A stretch of DNA of 64,000 nucleotides from Octopus vulgaris (GCA_951406725.2 OX597821.1:47120001-47184000); one strand, 5' to 3'. Counted from the stretch's first letter, positions 27,536-41,455 are shown. Notes: generated by a model not told the origin, from the sequence alone. Numbers and translations are program-made.

Positions 27536-28278
27536 TATTATAGACATATGTGTGTGTATGTGTGTTTACACAATCACACACATCTATATACGCATATGTG
27601 CAGAGGTGCATGTTTTATAAGATTATAAGATTGTGAATTTGATTTGTGGTCCGGGTAACGTGATATTGAGTAAAACACATTATTTCGCGTTGCTCTGGTC
27701 TACTCAGCTGGCAAAACAGATGACCCTGCTACCATAGGGCACGAGTCCACGGTGGGTGAAGGGGAAATAGATATGTCACAGAATCCGGGTATGTGCTCTT
27801 ATAAACTTATCGCTCAGGAAGGAACATTGATATTTTTCGCACACACACGCGGGCACGCGCGCACACACACATATATGTATATATATATACTAATGTGCAC
27901 ATATGTATATATACATATATATGATATATTTGTGTATGTGTGCGTACGTATATATATATAAAGATAAACGGAAAATATGATATACCTGTGTGAGTATATA
28001 TGTATATATATATGTGTGTGTGTGTGTGTGTATGTATGTATATGCATATATATATGTGTGTGTGTGTATATATATATTTGTATATATTTATATGTCTGTA
28101 TGTATGTATGTTGTATGTATGTTGTATGTATGTTGTATGTATTATGTATGTATGTATGTATGTATGTATGTATGTATACAGGTATGTCATATTTGTCTTT
28201 TTATTTAATCCTCAATATATTTATATAGCGCATCCACTCATTAAGTTTTTATCTATATATACATATATATGATATATT

Positions 28279-28330
<52 letters not shown>

Positions 28331-28764
28331 TGTTTATGTGTGTGTGTGAGAAGTGTGGATTTAGGTCCTAAAGTCCCGTGAAACTTGATTGTGCCTACTT
28401 GAAGGAATGTTAAATAATAAATAATCTTTTGAATATGGTAGTAAAACCAAAATATTTTTGCCCCACTATATTGAACTATGGTTGATTAAGTGCGTATTTC
28501 CAGGGAAGCCTCTGTGTGCTGTTGAACACAGAAGGGTCGATGTGTTTCACGTTCAATTACCTCGAAACAATTTCTGGGCTCAATATTCTGTAAAAAATAA
28601 AATTATTATTAAAACACTAATCACAATCAAAAGGATATTCCACATTGTAGAAAGTATTTATAATTTGACATGAGTTTATAAAGTGATAAACATATTTATG
28701 TTCTGCATACTACAAAATTCATGAATATATCTCTCTAAATATAGATAGATAGATATATAGATAA

Positions 28765-28928
<164 letters not shown>

Positions 28929-29608
28929 GTAGCAACATACAAATATTTTGAATTATTACCAGTATGATAGAGAAGTTTATGTCTGTTAATATAGATTTGT
29001 TTAGAGAATGTAGGATTCAAAATGGTCCAGAATAATTTCCAAGTATATACTCTATACATATTGTACAGCAACCCTAATGACACAGAAAGAGACATGCACA
29101 CAGACACACACGCTGATATATATATATTTATTTACATATATGTGTATGTATATATATATATACATATATAGAAAACATATATATAATATATATACATATA
29201 TAATATATATACATATATATGCTGCTGATTGCTAGGTAGATATGAGGTTACAGATACATGTATGTAGTCATGCATGTATGTTTGTAAGCTTATATATGTA
29301 CGTGTATATATATATTTCTACATGTATACATTTACACGTCTATATGCAAATATTTACAGGTATATATATGTATATATATATATATGTGTGTGTGTGTGTA
29401 TACATATATGCAAATGTTGAACGATGAAATGAGTGCTCAATATCGCATGAGTGGATATATATATTTTTATTTGTTAATTTAGGCTACCATTGGTTTCTTG
29501 TGAAGAAAAGGAGGTATATAACTAGTGTGTTAACAATTTTTCAAACTGATCACATGGAGAAAGGTGTCCGCTGCCATCTTGGAAAACACAGAGACACACA
29601 CGTGTGTG

Positions 29609-29648
<40 letters not shown>

Positions 29649-29670
29649 GAGACGTGTGTGTGTGTATTTG

Positions 29671-29750
<80 letters not shown>

Positions 29751-29935
29751 CGTGTATGCGCTTACAAAGAAGCACATATCTACACACATATATATATATA
29801 TATATATATTATAAAGGTACGAAAATATACGTAAGTGCACATAAATAAGTCTTTGTGAACGTTTACATAAGTATGCCTTTACAAATGTGTATGCAGGTGT
29901 GTATAATTGAGTGTAAATGTATATAAATATATGAA

Positions 29936-29974
<39 letters not shown>

Positions 29975-30043
29975 TGTGTATAGAGAGAGGGAGAGTGAGA
30001 GAGATAAATAGATAGAGAAATGGATAGATAGACAGATAGATAA

Positions 30044-30095
<52 letters not shown>

Positions 30096-30105
30096 GTAGA
30101 CAGAC

Positions 30106-30154
<49 letters not shown>

Positions 30155-30348
30155 GTACATGTATATGCATAATTTACAGGAGATGGATTCAGTATTAAAA
30201 ATTTATTGGGAACAACATTTAAAAACGCTAATCGACTAGTACTTTTACCGAATTATTTATTATATATACGTATTCATATAGTTATATATATACGTATATA
30301 TATAGTAATATAGATATAGCTATTTATATGCATATATCTACGTTAAGT

Positions 30349-30395
<47 letters not shown>

Positions 30396-30456
30396 TACAT
30401 ATATATTTTTTAATAATATATCATTGTTACAATCATTATTATTATTATTATTATTA

Positions 30457-30487
<31 letters not shown>

Positions 30488-30694
30488 CATCATTATTATC
30501 AGAAAATTTATATCCAAACTCATCATAAAGATATACCTGTGTGAAAGAACTTATTGTATTAAAAATATATATAAATAAATAAATATAAAAATATAAATAT
30601 AATGTTTAAAATAAATTTGATAGTTTAAACGTTTTGAATTATATATATATAATAATTATATATATATAATTTGAATTATATATATACCATATAT

Positions 30695-30823
30695 ATCTTA
30701 CGATCGTTTCGCAGAAGAGTTGCCCTTAGAATGAAATACTATACTGCAAAGCATTTATAGACAACCATTCTGCTAGTCATATTTAGTTATATTTTATATC
30801 TCTGAAGAGCAGAAGGGTTTTCT
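30695..30823. ncRNA. Hammerhead ribozyme split into two opposite-strand halves
   Basis: Minus 30695-30714 reads ctgc-GAAAC-gatc-GTA-agat. Plus 30798-30812 reads atct-CTGAAGA-gcag. Stems I and II are complementary between the halves. Confidence 0.6.
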
Positions 30824-30913
30824 ATATATGTGTGTGTGTGTATAGTGTATAATATATATAACATTTACAATATATATAACATAGATATAATATATATACC
30901 TATAATATATATA

Positions 30914-31033
30914 TATATATTAAGTATAGGAAAGAATGGAGCTGAACGAAGATTTAACAAAATTCCTTTATTAAAATAAAGGAATTTTGTTAAATCTTCG
31001 TTCAGCTCCATTCTTTCCTATACTTAATATATA
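30914..31033. repeat. Perfect 59-bp inverted repeat with a 2-nt spacer
   Basis: 30914-30972 is the exact reverse complement of 30975-31033. Confidence 0.95.
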
Positions 31034-31184
31034 AAACTTCAAATTTCCGCACTAAGGCACGGATTTTACGGCCTATGGTCGTAACTTCAACCGTGCTTTT
31101 TCTGTTGTGAGTTTGCTACCCAGGTATCGGTTATCTTCCGAATTATCCGTAATAAGATAATTCATTTGTCTACTTAAATATAAT

Positions 31185-31248
<64 letters not shown>

Positions 31249-31250
<2 letters not shown>

Positions 31251-31405
31251 GACAGGCGTCTTTCAGTTTCCGTCTACCACATCCATTCACAAGGCCTTAG
31301 TCGGCCTGAGTATTTAGTGCGGGACCCTTGCCAACGGAAGGTGCCACACAGTGGGACTGGACCCGGAACGATGTGGTTAGTAAGCAAGCTAGTTACCATG
31401 CACAT
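31249..31405 (-). mobile_element. SINE family B head
   Basis: cgacaggcgtctttcagtttccgtctacc..ggtgccacacagtgggactggacccggaac. Confidence 0.8.
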
Positions 31406-31576
31406 GCATATGTACTTAAACTATATATATATACATATATATGTATATATACATATACGTACATATATCTACATTTATAAGTGTATGTAATTGTAAACAA
31501 TATTCATACTTTTGCAATTACGTACGTCTGTATTACTGTATTTTGTGTCTCAATTGATGCCGATATGTTTCTTTAA

Positions 31577-31621
<45 letters not shown>

Positions 31622-31689
31622 CACACACACACACACACATATATATATGTATGTGTGTGTGTGTGTGTGTGTGTGTATGCATGTATGCA

Positions 31690-31900
31690 ACAAGAGTAAA
31701 CAAGAGAGACAGAGACAGACAGGGACAAGCAAAATACCACTTCTATTTGAACACTATGCAAATATTCTTTTAAAAAAAGCTTTTCTTATAATTTTCCGAA
31801 ATTTAATTGTTTTCCATATTTACAGTTCAGTGACTGAAATCGGTACTGTGATGCTTTTTATAGAATGATTTTAGCATTTTCTATCTTGACTTTTTTCTCC
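31690..31900 (+). mobile_element. Second copy of the 1735 cassette; hammerhead core deleted
   Basis: tacag..gact-GAAAT-cg-GTA-ctgtg at 31821-31850, with flanking homology. Confidence 0.6.
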
Positions 31901-31996
<96 letters not shown>

Positions 31997-32092
31997 GTGT
32001 ATATATACGCAAACACATACTTAGGTATACATATACATACATGAGCAGATATATACATATATATTTGTTTTAAATATTCTGTTATTCTTTTA

Positions 32093-32244
32093 TTTGCTTC
32101 AGTCATTTGAGTGCGGCCATGCTGAAGTACCGCATTTAGTCAAATAAATAAACTTATTTTTTGTAAGCCTAGTACTTATTCTAGATTACGGGGACATAAA
32201 CACACCAGCATACGTTGTCATGCGATGGTGGGGCAACCCACACA

Positions 32245-32340
<96 letters not shown>

Positions 32341-32482
32341 ATGGACTTCATTCAGTTTCCGTCTAGCAAATCCACTGACAAGGCTTTGGTCGGCTCGAGG
32401 CAATTGCCACGCAGCGGGTCTGAACTCGGAACCATGTCGTTGATAAGCAAGCTGCTTACCACATAGCCACTCCTGCGCCTAT
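32093..32482 (-). mobile_element. SINE family B near full copy with internal (CA)n(TA)n
   Basis: Tail ttcagtcatttgagtgcggccatgc and head ..accacatagccactcctgcgccta. Confidence 0.85.
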
Positions 32483-32494
32483 TTTATACACACA

Positions 32495-32544
<50 letters not shown>

Positions 32545-32901
32545 TAATGTGTATATATGTATATATTTGTGTGTATGTGTATATATATGTATGATGTATA
32601 TATATGCACATACATATGTACATAATATATATATATATATATATATACATATATATGTATACATACATATACGCATATATACCTACATTTATAACTGTAA
32701 ATATTCATAAATATCATTCATAATCCATATTAATTTTAGATATTTGAACAAAAAAACGATTAAATTTAAATATATGAATAGAATCATTAGTACGAATTGA
32801 TGTACGCATAATGTTTGTCTAGACAAGCTTTAACATGTATTTGTCTGTCTGTGTGTATGTGTATGTATGTATATATTTATATTTGTATATATATGTATGT
32901 T

Positions 32902-32974
<73 letters not shown>

Positions 32975-33233
32975 GTAAATATATATGTATGTATGTATAA
33001 ATGCACATATATATATATATATATGTCTGTGGGTATATATATACATATATGTATATGAATATGTAAAATGTATATATACATATATATATCTATTTGTATA
33101 TATATATACATATATGTATATGAATATGTAAAATGTATATATACATATATATATCTATTTGTATATATATTTACATATATATATTATGTGTGTATATGTA
33201 TGCATATATATACATATGTATATATATGTGTGT

Positions 33234-33284
<51 letters not shown>

Positions 33285-33450
33285 TATACACATATATAAA
33301 CTATATAAATATTAACAACTAGAAAAATTGTAACTCGTTTTACTTCATAAATCTACAATTGTTTTATCAACAGTTTACCTGTATATTGTTACTATTATGC
33401 AAACTACATGGCTAAAAACCCAAAAGATTTAGATAGATAGATAGATAGAT

Positions 33451-33518
<68 letters not shown>

Positions 33519-33539
33519 TGATAGATAGATAGATAGATA

Positions 33540-33663
33540 GATGGTGTGGCTGTGTGGTAATAAGCTTCACAACCACATAGCTCCGGCTCAGGGCCACTGT
33601 GTGGCACCTTCTACAAGTGTCTTTTACTATACCCTGGCAGACGGAAACTGAAAGGTGCCCGTC

Positions 33664-33752
<89 letters not shown>

Positions 33753-33930
33753 TATATATATGCATATATACATACGTATATGTACATGCATGTATACGTA
33801 TATACATATGAATGTGTGGGCACAGGACGTCATAAAACATAAAACAGTTGCTCCCACAAAGCAAATGTAATAAAATTTGCGATCTTGCGAAGGGTCAAGA
33901 TTGGTGACAAAAACAGGACAGTGAAAACAA

Positions 33931-33986
<56 letters not shown>

Positions 33987-34037
33987 TTATATATATATAT
34001 GTATGTATATATATATATATGTATATATATATTTATT

Positions 34038-34089
<52 letters not shown>

Positions 34090-34094
34090 TACAC

Positions 34095-34129
<35 letters not shown>

Positions 34130-34230
34130 GCATACAAACATATATGAATGTATGTATTTGTGTTTCTGTGCTTGTCCCCCCACCATCGTTTCACAACCGA
34201 TGTTGACGAGTCCTCGTCCCCGTAACATAG
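33540..34230 (+). mobile_element. SINE family B copy stretched by microsatellite growth and an internal insert
   Basis: Head gtggctgtgtggtaataagc..gacggaaactgaaaggtgcccgtcg (33545-33665). Tail tgtccccccaccatcg..acaaccgatg..gtccccgtaac (34170-34228). Confidence 0.7.
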
Positions 34231-34355
34231 GACATTAATTACTTCTACTTCTCCATTTTTGATTTACCTTACTCAAACTAAATATTCTAAATGACCTGAG
34301 ATACTCGTGCTGCCTTGGTTTTGTTTTCCTTTTCCTTTAATATAAATATATGTAG

Positions 34356-34429
<74 letters not shown>

Positions 34430-34555
34430 ATAGATACATACATACATACATACATACATATATCTATATGTGTGTAGTTGTGTATATGCGTGTGTATATA
34501 TATATATATATACACATACAAAAACGTACATGCATGCATACACACACACACACAT

Positions 34556-34615
<60 letters not shown>

Positions 34616-34637
34616 TACTCTTACTCTTTTACTCTTT

Positions 34638-34830
34638 TACTTGTTTCAGTCATTTGACTGCGGCCATGCTGGAGCACCGCCTTTTAGTCGAGCAAATCGA
34701 CCCCGGGACTTATTCTTTGTAAGCCCAGTACTTATTCTATCGGTCTCTTTTGCCGAACCGCTAAGTGACGGGGACGTAAACACACCAGCATCGGTTGTCA
34801 AGCAATGCTAGGGGGACAAACACAGACACA

Positions 34831-34880
<50 letters not shown>

Positions 34881-34905
34881 ATATATATATATATATATAC
34901 ATATA

Positions 34906-34959
<54 letters not shown>

Positions 34960-34978
34960 TACGACAGGCTTCTTTCAT
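34638..34978 (-). mobile_element. SINE family B, well-preserved tail plus internal microsatellite
   Basis: tttcagtcatttgactgcggccatgctggagcaccgcc..ccgaaccgctaagtgacggggacgtaaacacacc. Confidence 0.88.
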
Positions 34979-35087
34979 ATATATATACTTTGATAGGTTT
35001 CGGCCATTATTGGCCCAGGCCATGTCTAACTTAATAGCACCACATATATATATGTATGTATGTATGTACGTATATGATTCTCAACCA

Positions 35088-35126
35088 AAACTGTCTGATG
35101 AACGGGAACGTGAAACTCTAAATGTT
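35088..35126 (+). ncRNA. Hammerhead ribozyme 5' part (3' arm lost)
   Basis: aaactgt-CTGATGA(35095)-acg-ggaa-cgt-GAAAC-tct. Confidence 0.55.
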
Positions 35127-35744
35127 TTTATGGTGTCTTTGCAGCTTTATTAACAAAGTATGCAGATACGCATGTATGTATGTCGGAGTATGTGACGAGG
35201 AATTACCGAAATTGTGAGTATGTCAGGATGTGATGTACACTATTGTGTGATATTTGCTCTAACTGACACCAGTTAACTTTAAATTCGATATTACGTTTGC
35301 ATTTCAGAAGTTGGGAAGTTTAATTACTTCAGTTTTGATGCAGTCATTCTTGAAATCCTCTTTGCTAATTATATGCTTTATTTCAAATATACTTACACAC
35401 ATAGAGTCATACAGACATTACAATATTATAATAGGCTTATGCATACTCACATTGACATATTTTTACCTATACACATACATCCACATATATGTACACATAG
35501 TCAAATCGAATAAGTAAACATTGAAAGTAACAATAAGGAAAAAGAGAAGGAAGTGCATATACAATGTATTAGTATGTATATATATATGTATATATATACA
35601 CGCATACATAAATATATACATACACATGCGCACGCACACAAACACTTACACATACACACACATAACGTCCACATTGTTGCATACATAGATCATTGAATCA
35701 TGTGTGTGTGTGTGCGTGTGTAGGCAAGCATGCATATGTGTATG

Positions 35745-35808
<64 letters not shown>

Positions 35809-35858
35809 CATATATACATACATACATAGATGCATACATACATACATACATACATACA

Positions 35859-35951
<93 letters not shown>

Positions 35952-36425
35952 ATATATATATACACGGGAGCGCGATATGTATTGTGTCCTGAAGTCGTTG
36001 TGTGTCAGTAATAATCGAATCATATTAAATTAAAGTTTATTTGTAAAAATGTCTGTTTAACAATTCTGACTCAATATTGTGCGTCGTGAAAAAACTAATT
36101 TCACAATATTTACTACCTTTACAAAACTAATGAACAACGTTTCTATTTATGTATTTTTCCATTCTATATTTATTGTTTTTCTGCTCCCGTATTTAATTAG
36201 TTTATATTTTCTTTTGCGTATATATTTACTTGCGCATGTTTGAGCTGGTGTACATATGCGTAAACGGTATGTTTATATATAAGTGCATATGTATTTTTGC
36301 TACTGTGTTTGCGTATATATATATATATATATATATGATGGGGTGCTTGTGTGTACGTATGTATATATACAGATACATAGATGCATAAATACATAGATAG
36401 ATACATATATATGTGTGTATGTGTG

Positions 36426-36459
<34 letters not shown>

Positions 36460-36462
36460 CAA

Positions 36463-36503
<41 letters not shown>

Positions 36504-36680
36504 AGTATACATACATGCATATATATTTTTTATTTTTATAAAAAAATACTGGTGACAGTGACTTCGAATTCACTGTTAACAACATTCTTGTTGAAGAATA
36601 ATAAATTTGTACTCTACAAAAGTATAGAGTAACCTATCAGATTATTGTAAAGTTGTTTTTATTGTAACTGAATAAGAAAG

Positions 36681-36766
<86 letters not shown>

Positions 36767-36789
36767 ATTTTATTAAAACTGAAAGTATT

Positions 36790-36835
36790 CACAAACTATT
36801 ACTCAAAGTTTCACGTGACCGTTCGTCAGTTGTGA
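36790..36835 (-). ncRNA. Hammerhead ribozyme, intact core with damaged stem I; same family as 35088
   Basis: Minus strand reads CTGACGA-acg-gtca-cgt-GAAAC-tttga-GTA-atagttt. A partial inverted copy sits at 36896-36922. Confidence 0.65.
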
Positions 36836-37097
36836 TAAAATAGAATATTTCGTAGTTTATTCTGATTCCTTCTGTATCATCAAAATTAGATAACAAATGG
36901 TCACGTGAAACTCTGAGTAATAAATGGTAATCACCACCACCCCACACACACACCCGCTTCATAGAGAAGAATTTTGCTTTACCTTTGGTATGCGAGTGCT
37001 AGTTTCCCTTCCTTGCTTTGCATTTATTTGCTGCTGGCTTTGCTTGTGTGTATGTATATTCTTTATTCTTTTATTCGTCGTATATTCTTTATTCTTT

Positions 37098-37297
37098 TAT
37101 TCAGTCATTTGACTGCAGCCGTGCTAGGGCACTGCCTTGAAGGGTTAATTCGACTCCAATGCTTCTTTTTATTCTAAGCCCAGTACTTTTTTTTTTATCG
37201 GTATCTTTAGCCGAACCGCTAAATTCTGGGGACGTAAACACACCAACACCGTAAACACACATACATACATACATAATACATACATATATACATATAC

Positions 37298-37340
<43 letters not shown>

Positions 37341-37360
37341 GCATATATGTATATACATAT

Positions 37361-37423
<63 letters not shown>

Positions 37424-37833
37424 CATATATATATTATATATATGTTCTTTTTACTTGTTTCAGTCATTTGACTGCGGGCATGCTGGAGCATTACTTTGAA
37501 GGGTTTTAGTTGCATGAATCGACCCTAGGATATTTTTAAGGCTTAATACATATTCTACATTTGCCGAAACGCTAAGATACGTGGGCATAAATATACCAAC
37601 ACCGGTTGTCAAGTATTGATGAGGAACAAACACAGACATCACACACACACATACACACAGACAAACACACACACACACGACAGCTTTCTTTTAGTTTCTG
37701 TCAATCAAATCCACTCACAAGTCTTTGGTTGTCCTGAAGCAATAGTAGAAGACACTTGCCCAAGGTGCCACGCACTGTCACTGAACGCAGAACCATGCGG
37801 TAGCTTCTTACCGCAGAGCAACGCCTGCGCCTA
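37098..37833 (-). mobile_element. Two tandem SINE family B copies (37098-37260 tail only; 37453-37833 near full)
   Basis: Repeated tcagtcatttgactgc tails and head agtagaagacacttgcccaaggtgccacgca. Confidence 0.8.
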
Positions 37834-37894
37834 TAACAAGCGGTACATGTACATTTTGCTGGTATAATAAAACTAAAATGAGTTACACAAAATT

Positions 37895-38280
37895 CTTAGC
37901 GGCATTTCTTCCGGTTTTATATTGAGTCCAAATTCCGCCGATGTCGAATTTGCCTTTCATCCTTTTCAAGTTCGAGTTCCGATAAATAAATACCAGTTGA
38001 GCACTGGGGCCAAAATAATCTACTAGACCCTTAACCCAAAGTTTCAGGCCTTGTGCCTATAGTAGAAAGAATTCTAATTATCGTTATCAAGGCGGTGAGC
38101 TGACAGAATTCGTTGGTGCGTCGGCCAAAAAGCTTAGCAGCATTTCTCCTGATTCTGAGTTAAAATATTAGAAATCGTCTTTGAGTTTCATTCTTTCAGG
38201 ATGGTACCAGTAGAGCATTGGGGCCAATGTAATCTACTTTCAAACCCTCTCGCTCTAAAATATTGCATGCTTTGTGCTAA
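37895..38280 (+). mobile_element. Two decayed SINE family A copies
   Basis: aattccgccgatgtcgaatttgcctttcatcc and aaggcggtgagctgacagaa. Confidence 0.65.
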
Positions 38281-38579
38281 CTTTTGAAATATTGTTATTA
38301 GCGGGACCCGTGGAAATTTCACGGTGTAAACCTGCATATCTGAAAACACAAGCAAGGAGTCCCCAAAAAGTTATTTTTAAATCCTGCCATTTAATCAAAA
38401 ACTGCACTTTCAAATATAATCGAAATAAATTTAGATGTTGCTTATTTAAATACTTTTAATATGTTTAGCAGAAATGATGTGCTTTATAGTTTAAGGAAAT
38501 AAAAGATGAATTAAAAAGATAAAGCTTATTCATATATATATGATACACATGTTTTTCTCTCCTTGTTTTTTCTGTGTCC

Positions 38580-38615
38580 CTTTCTGTAGAAGAGCGTAGG
38601 CTCGAAATGTAAAAG
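38580..38615 (+). ncRNA. Minimal hammerhead variant (A6U) in (TA)n-flanked cassette 38545-38710
   Basis: cttt-CTGTAGA-a-gagc-gtag-gctc-GAAAT-GTA-aaag. Confidence 0.65.
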
Positions 38616-38710
38616 ACGTTTTCTATTCCTGAGCGTTATACTAATACATCTGGTTGTTTTGTACAACACCTGTCTTCGTCTTTTGCTTTTTTTGTAAACT
38701 CTCCCTACAT

Positions 38711-38754
<44 letters not shown>

Positions 38755-38989
38755 GCACTTTCACGGTGCAGCTACCACCATGGCTCAATCCAAGTTAGTT
38801 ATCATTTGAGATTATTTTCATTTCTTTTCATTTTATTTCTGTTCAACTACAGATTTAATTGTATATCTTTTAATATATTTCTGTTTCTAGACTAACCTAT
38901 CTATCTAACTAGAAACATAATTAACTATCATATCTATATTCCCACTGATACTAAACTTTCACGACGTTGCTGTCTAGGTAAATATAATC

Positions 38990-39990
38990 TTGCTTTAGGA
39001 AGAAGTTCTCCATTCATAATAAACTTCTTCCTGGTTTTTCTGTCTAGCTTTGCTAATTCAGATATTTTGTCCAATCTACAAAAGCTGATGAATATCTAAG
39101 TAACGTTACTGCCCAAGTATTTACAGTGTTTAATAGATTCGAGCCATTAAGCTTTGACTTCATTAACTTACTCACCCTACTGATGTATTAAAGAATCTAT
39201 CTCATTTTATTCGTATTAAAAGAGCTTCAACTCATTTATGTAGAGTAAATGGTTAGTTTTTCCTTTACTACCGCTAAACAGGCACCCTGCCTTTATCTTT
39301 CTTAATATTAAAGTAAGACGGATTAAGCATAGTACAAATATTCTTTTCTACTCTAGGCACAAAGCCCCAAACATTGGGGGAGGGAGCACAAAGCCCCAAA
39401 CTTTGGGGGAGGGAACCAGTCGATTCGATCGATCCCAGTACGCAAATGGTACTTAATTTATCGACCCCGAAAGGATGAAAGACAAAGTCGACCTCGGCGG
39501 AATTTGAAGTCAGAACGTAACGGCAGACGAAATACTGCTAAGCATTTCACTCGGCGTGTTAACGTTTCTGCCAGCTCGTACAAATATTGAAGAGGAAAAC
39601 GAGTCTCTCTGGCGATGTTCTCTCTTGATATTAACTTTTCCTAAGGCTGTATCATCTGAGTAAAGATCTACTTTCCTTTTCTTCATGCTATAGCTAATTA
39701 AATCTCTTATGTTGTCTGCAATACTGAATATACTTATCCATGAGTGTGAAATTAATATCATAGTTTTTCTTATAATCTATTCATATCATTAAATTTTTCT
39801 TTCTAAATTTCACTTCTTTTAGAACCGCTTTGTCTATGTATAATAAATCATGTATTCCTCTAACCTTCTTCCTGAAACTTTTCTGTCCTTCTGGAAGTAA
39901 ATTCTAGCTGTCAAGATGCTCATAAATGCATTCTGAGAACATTCTTGTTAACAGCTTCTTGTTAAAAGCAAATGATTGGTCTATAATTAC
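38990..39990 (-). pseudogene. R4/Dong-type LINE RT and thumb fragments, interrupted by a SINE
   Basis: GKVNIKR..RDSFS (resembles IKRGIFQGDSLS) near 39600-39645. KLMKSKLNGSNLLNTVNTWAV..KLDRKTRK near 39030-39175. Confidence 0.75.
39343..39577 (-). mobile_element. SINE family A (alternative tail) with an 11-bp TSD
   Basis: TSD gtacaaatatt at 39332-39342 and 39578-39588. Tandem duplication in the tail. Confidence 0.9.
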
Positions 39991-40145
39991 TATCTATATT
40001 GCCCTTGCTTTTGCCTTTCATAAGGAATACTACTCTCCCTTTAGTCATCCAAAAAGGCATGACTCCGCGATTCGACCAATCCTAAAGTTGTTCCTCTACG
40101 CCATGTGCCCTTGGGAATGAGAACCGGAGTTCGAAATTTCCCCAA

Positions 40146-40191
40146 GACACCTGATGAAGGCTGGAAAATATATCAGCCGAAACGTTGTGTT
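40146..40191 (+). ncRNA. Minimal type-I hammerhead ribozyme with an intact core
   Basis: gacac-CTGATGA-a-ggctg-(10 nt)-cagcc-GAAAC-GTT-gtgtt. Palindromic loopless stem III (aacgtt). Confidence 0.8.
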
Positions 40192-40249
40192 AACAACAAA
40201 CAAGATGAGGACAAATATCCGTCAAATGTAAATCATGTAAGTAATGTAC

Positions 40250-40900
40250 TCTTCTCATAGTCCATATTCTTGCGATTGGGTCTATTAGTAGTCTGTATTT
40301 TTCAATCTTTTCTAGTTCCTTGTCACTTATGCGTGCATCTCCAGGTATTGCAAATCATTAATTTTGGTTACCTTTTCTTCTATCTACCACAGCAATATCT
40401 GTTCTCCGAGCATCGATTAGGGAGTCACTTTGGATTGTAAAATCCTACAGTATCTTATATTCCTTGTTCTCGGTGACCCCTTCTGATTCATGTTCTTACC
40501 ATATCCGTGTTCTGTTCATGCCGTACGTTTTACATAGCCCAGTGGACGACCTCAGCAACGTTATTGTACCTCCTTTTGTAGTGCATTTAGGTCAGCTTGC
40601 TGCACTCACAATATGTGAGATTGCTTCCTTTCTGCTGCCACACATCCTACAAAAGAGCGATTCGCTACTCTTATCTATTTGGAACTTGGAGCAATTAGTT
40701 TTCAGAGCTTGTTCTTGGGCGCTGCATATCAATGCCTCAGTGCATCCCTTCAGATCACATTTTCTTAGCCATCTTCAAGTGCTGTTCTTGTCCTTTCCTT
40801 CGATTTCCCTGAGGTATTGCCCATGCCGCATTTTATTTTCCAGTCGTTTACTATTTCTTCATCTTGTTTCCTAATTGTTTGTTGGTGCATCACATTTTCG
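40250..40900 (-). pseudogene. R4/Dong-clade LINE C-terminal CCHC knuckle plus restriction-like endonuclease
   Basis: HGQYLREI..TEALICSAQEQALKTN..CRMCGSRKEAISHIV(S/E)C..ENKEYKIL*DFTIQSDSLIDARRTDIAVVD. Confidence 0.88.
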
Positions 40901-40902
40901 TT

Positions 40903-41453
40903 ATTTGCCTCCGCCTTAGCGAAGACGGAAGTATTGTTTTCAGTCGTGTTTGATTGTTTGTCCGTGGACAATATATCTCAAGAACCGCTGAATGGATTCG
41001 GCACGAACTGATTAGATTTTGGAATCGATACGGTACCGAACAAGGATTCTGAATTATTTTTTGTATTTACTTTACTTTACAGGATTACGATCTTACGTTA
41101 ACTTTCAAGTCTTTCTCAATTATCTGCCTTTAAGGCTGTAACTATTTTGAATGGTGAATTTGTTAATTTATGCTTGTATTAGATATGGATAAACTATCTA
41201 TTACTGTTACTAAATTTTCTACTGTCACCTTCACATTCATGACTACCATTGGGATCGATCAGGTACCGGACAAGGATTCTGAAATATTTTTTTCGGTTTT
41301 TCTTTTACTTAATTTTTGAGAGCGGTTGGGTTCATTTTTAGTGTTCTCGTTTGTGAGAGCAGTCGAGTTTATTCCAGATATTCTCATTTTTAAAATCATC
41401 TCTGAGAGGATGTTGGTGTTGCCTTGGCGGAAGTAGGCGCTCTCTGAGTACTC

Positions 41454-41455
<2 letters not shown>
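40903..41455 (+). mobile_element. DINE-1/HINE-like non-autonomous Helentron-associated element
   Basis: 5' hairpin cctccgcc..acggaag, (gttt)-type microsatellite, internal repeats (gatc..ggtacc..acaaggattctgaa), sub-terminal IR ggcggaag, 3' hairpin gcgctc-tct-gagtac, T-rich flanks. Confidence 0.65.

Noticed and set aside
40464-40874. 136-aa plus-strand ORF
   Set aside because: Antisense to the R4/Dong RLE region.
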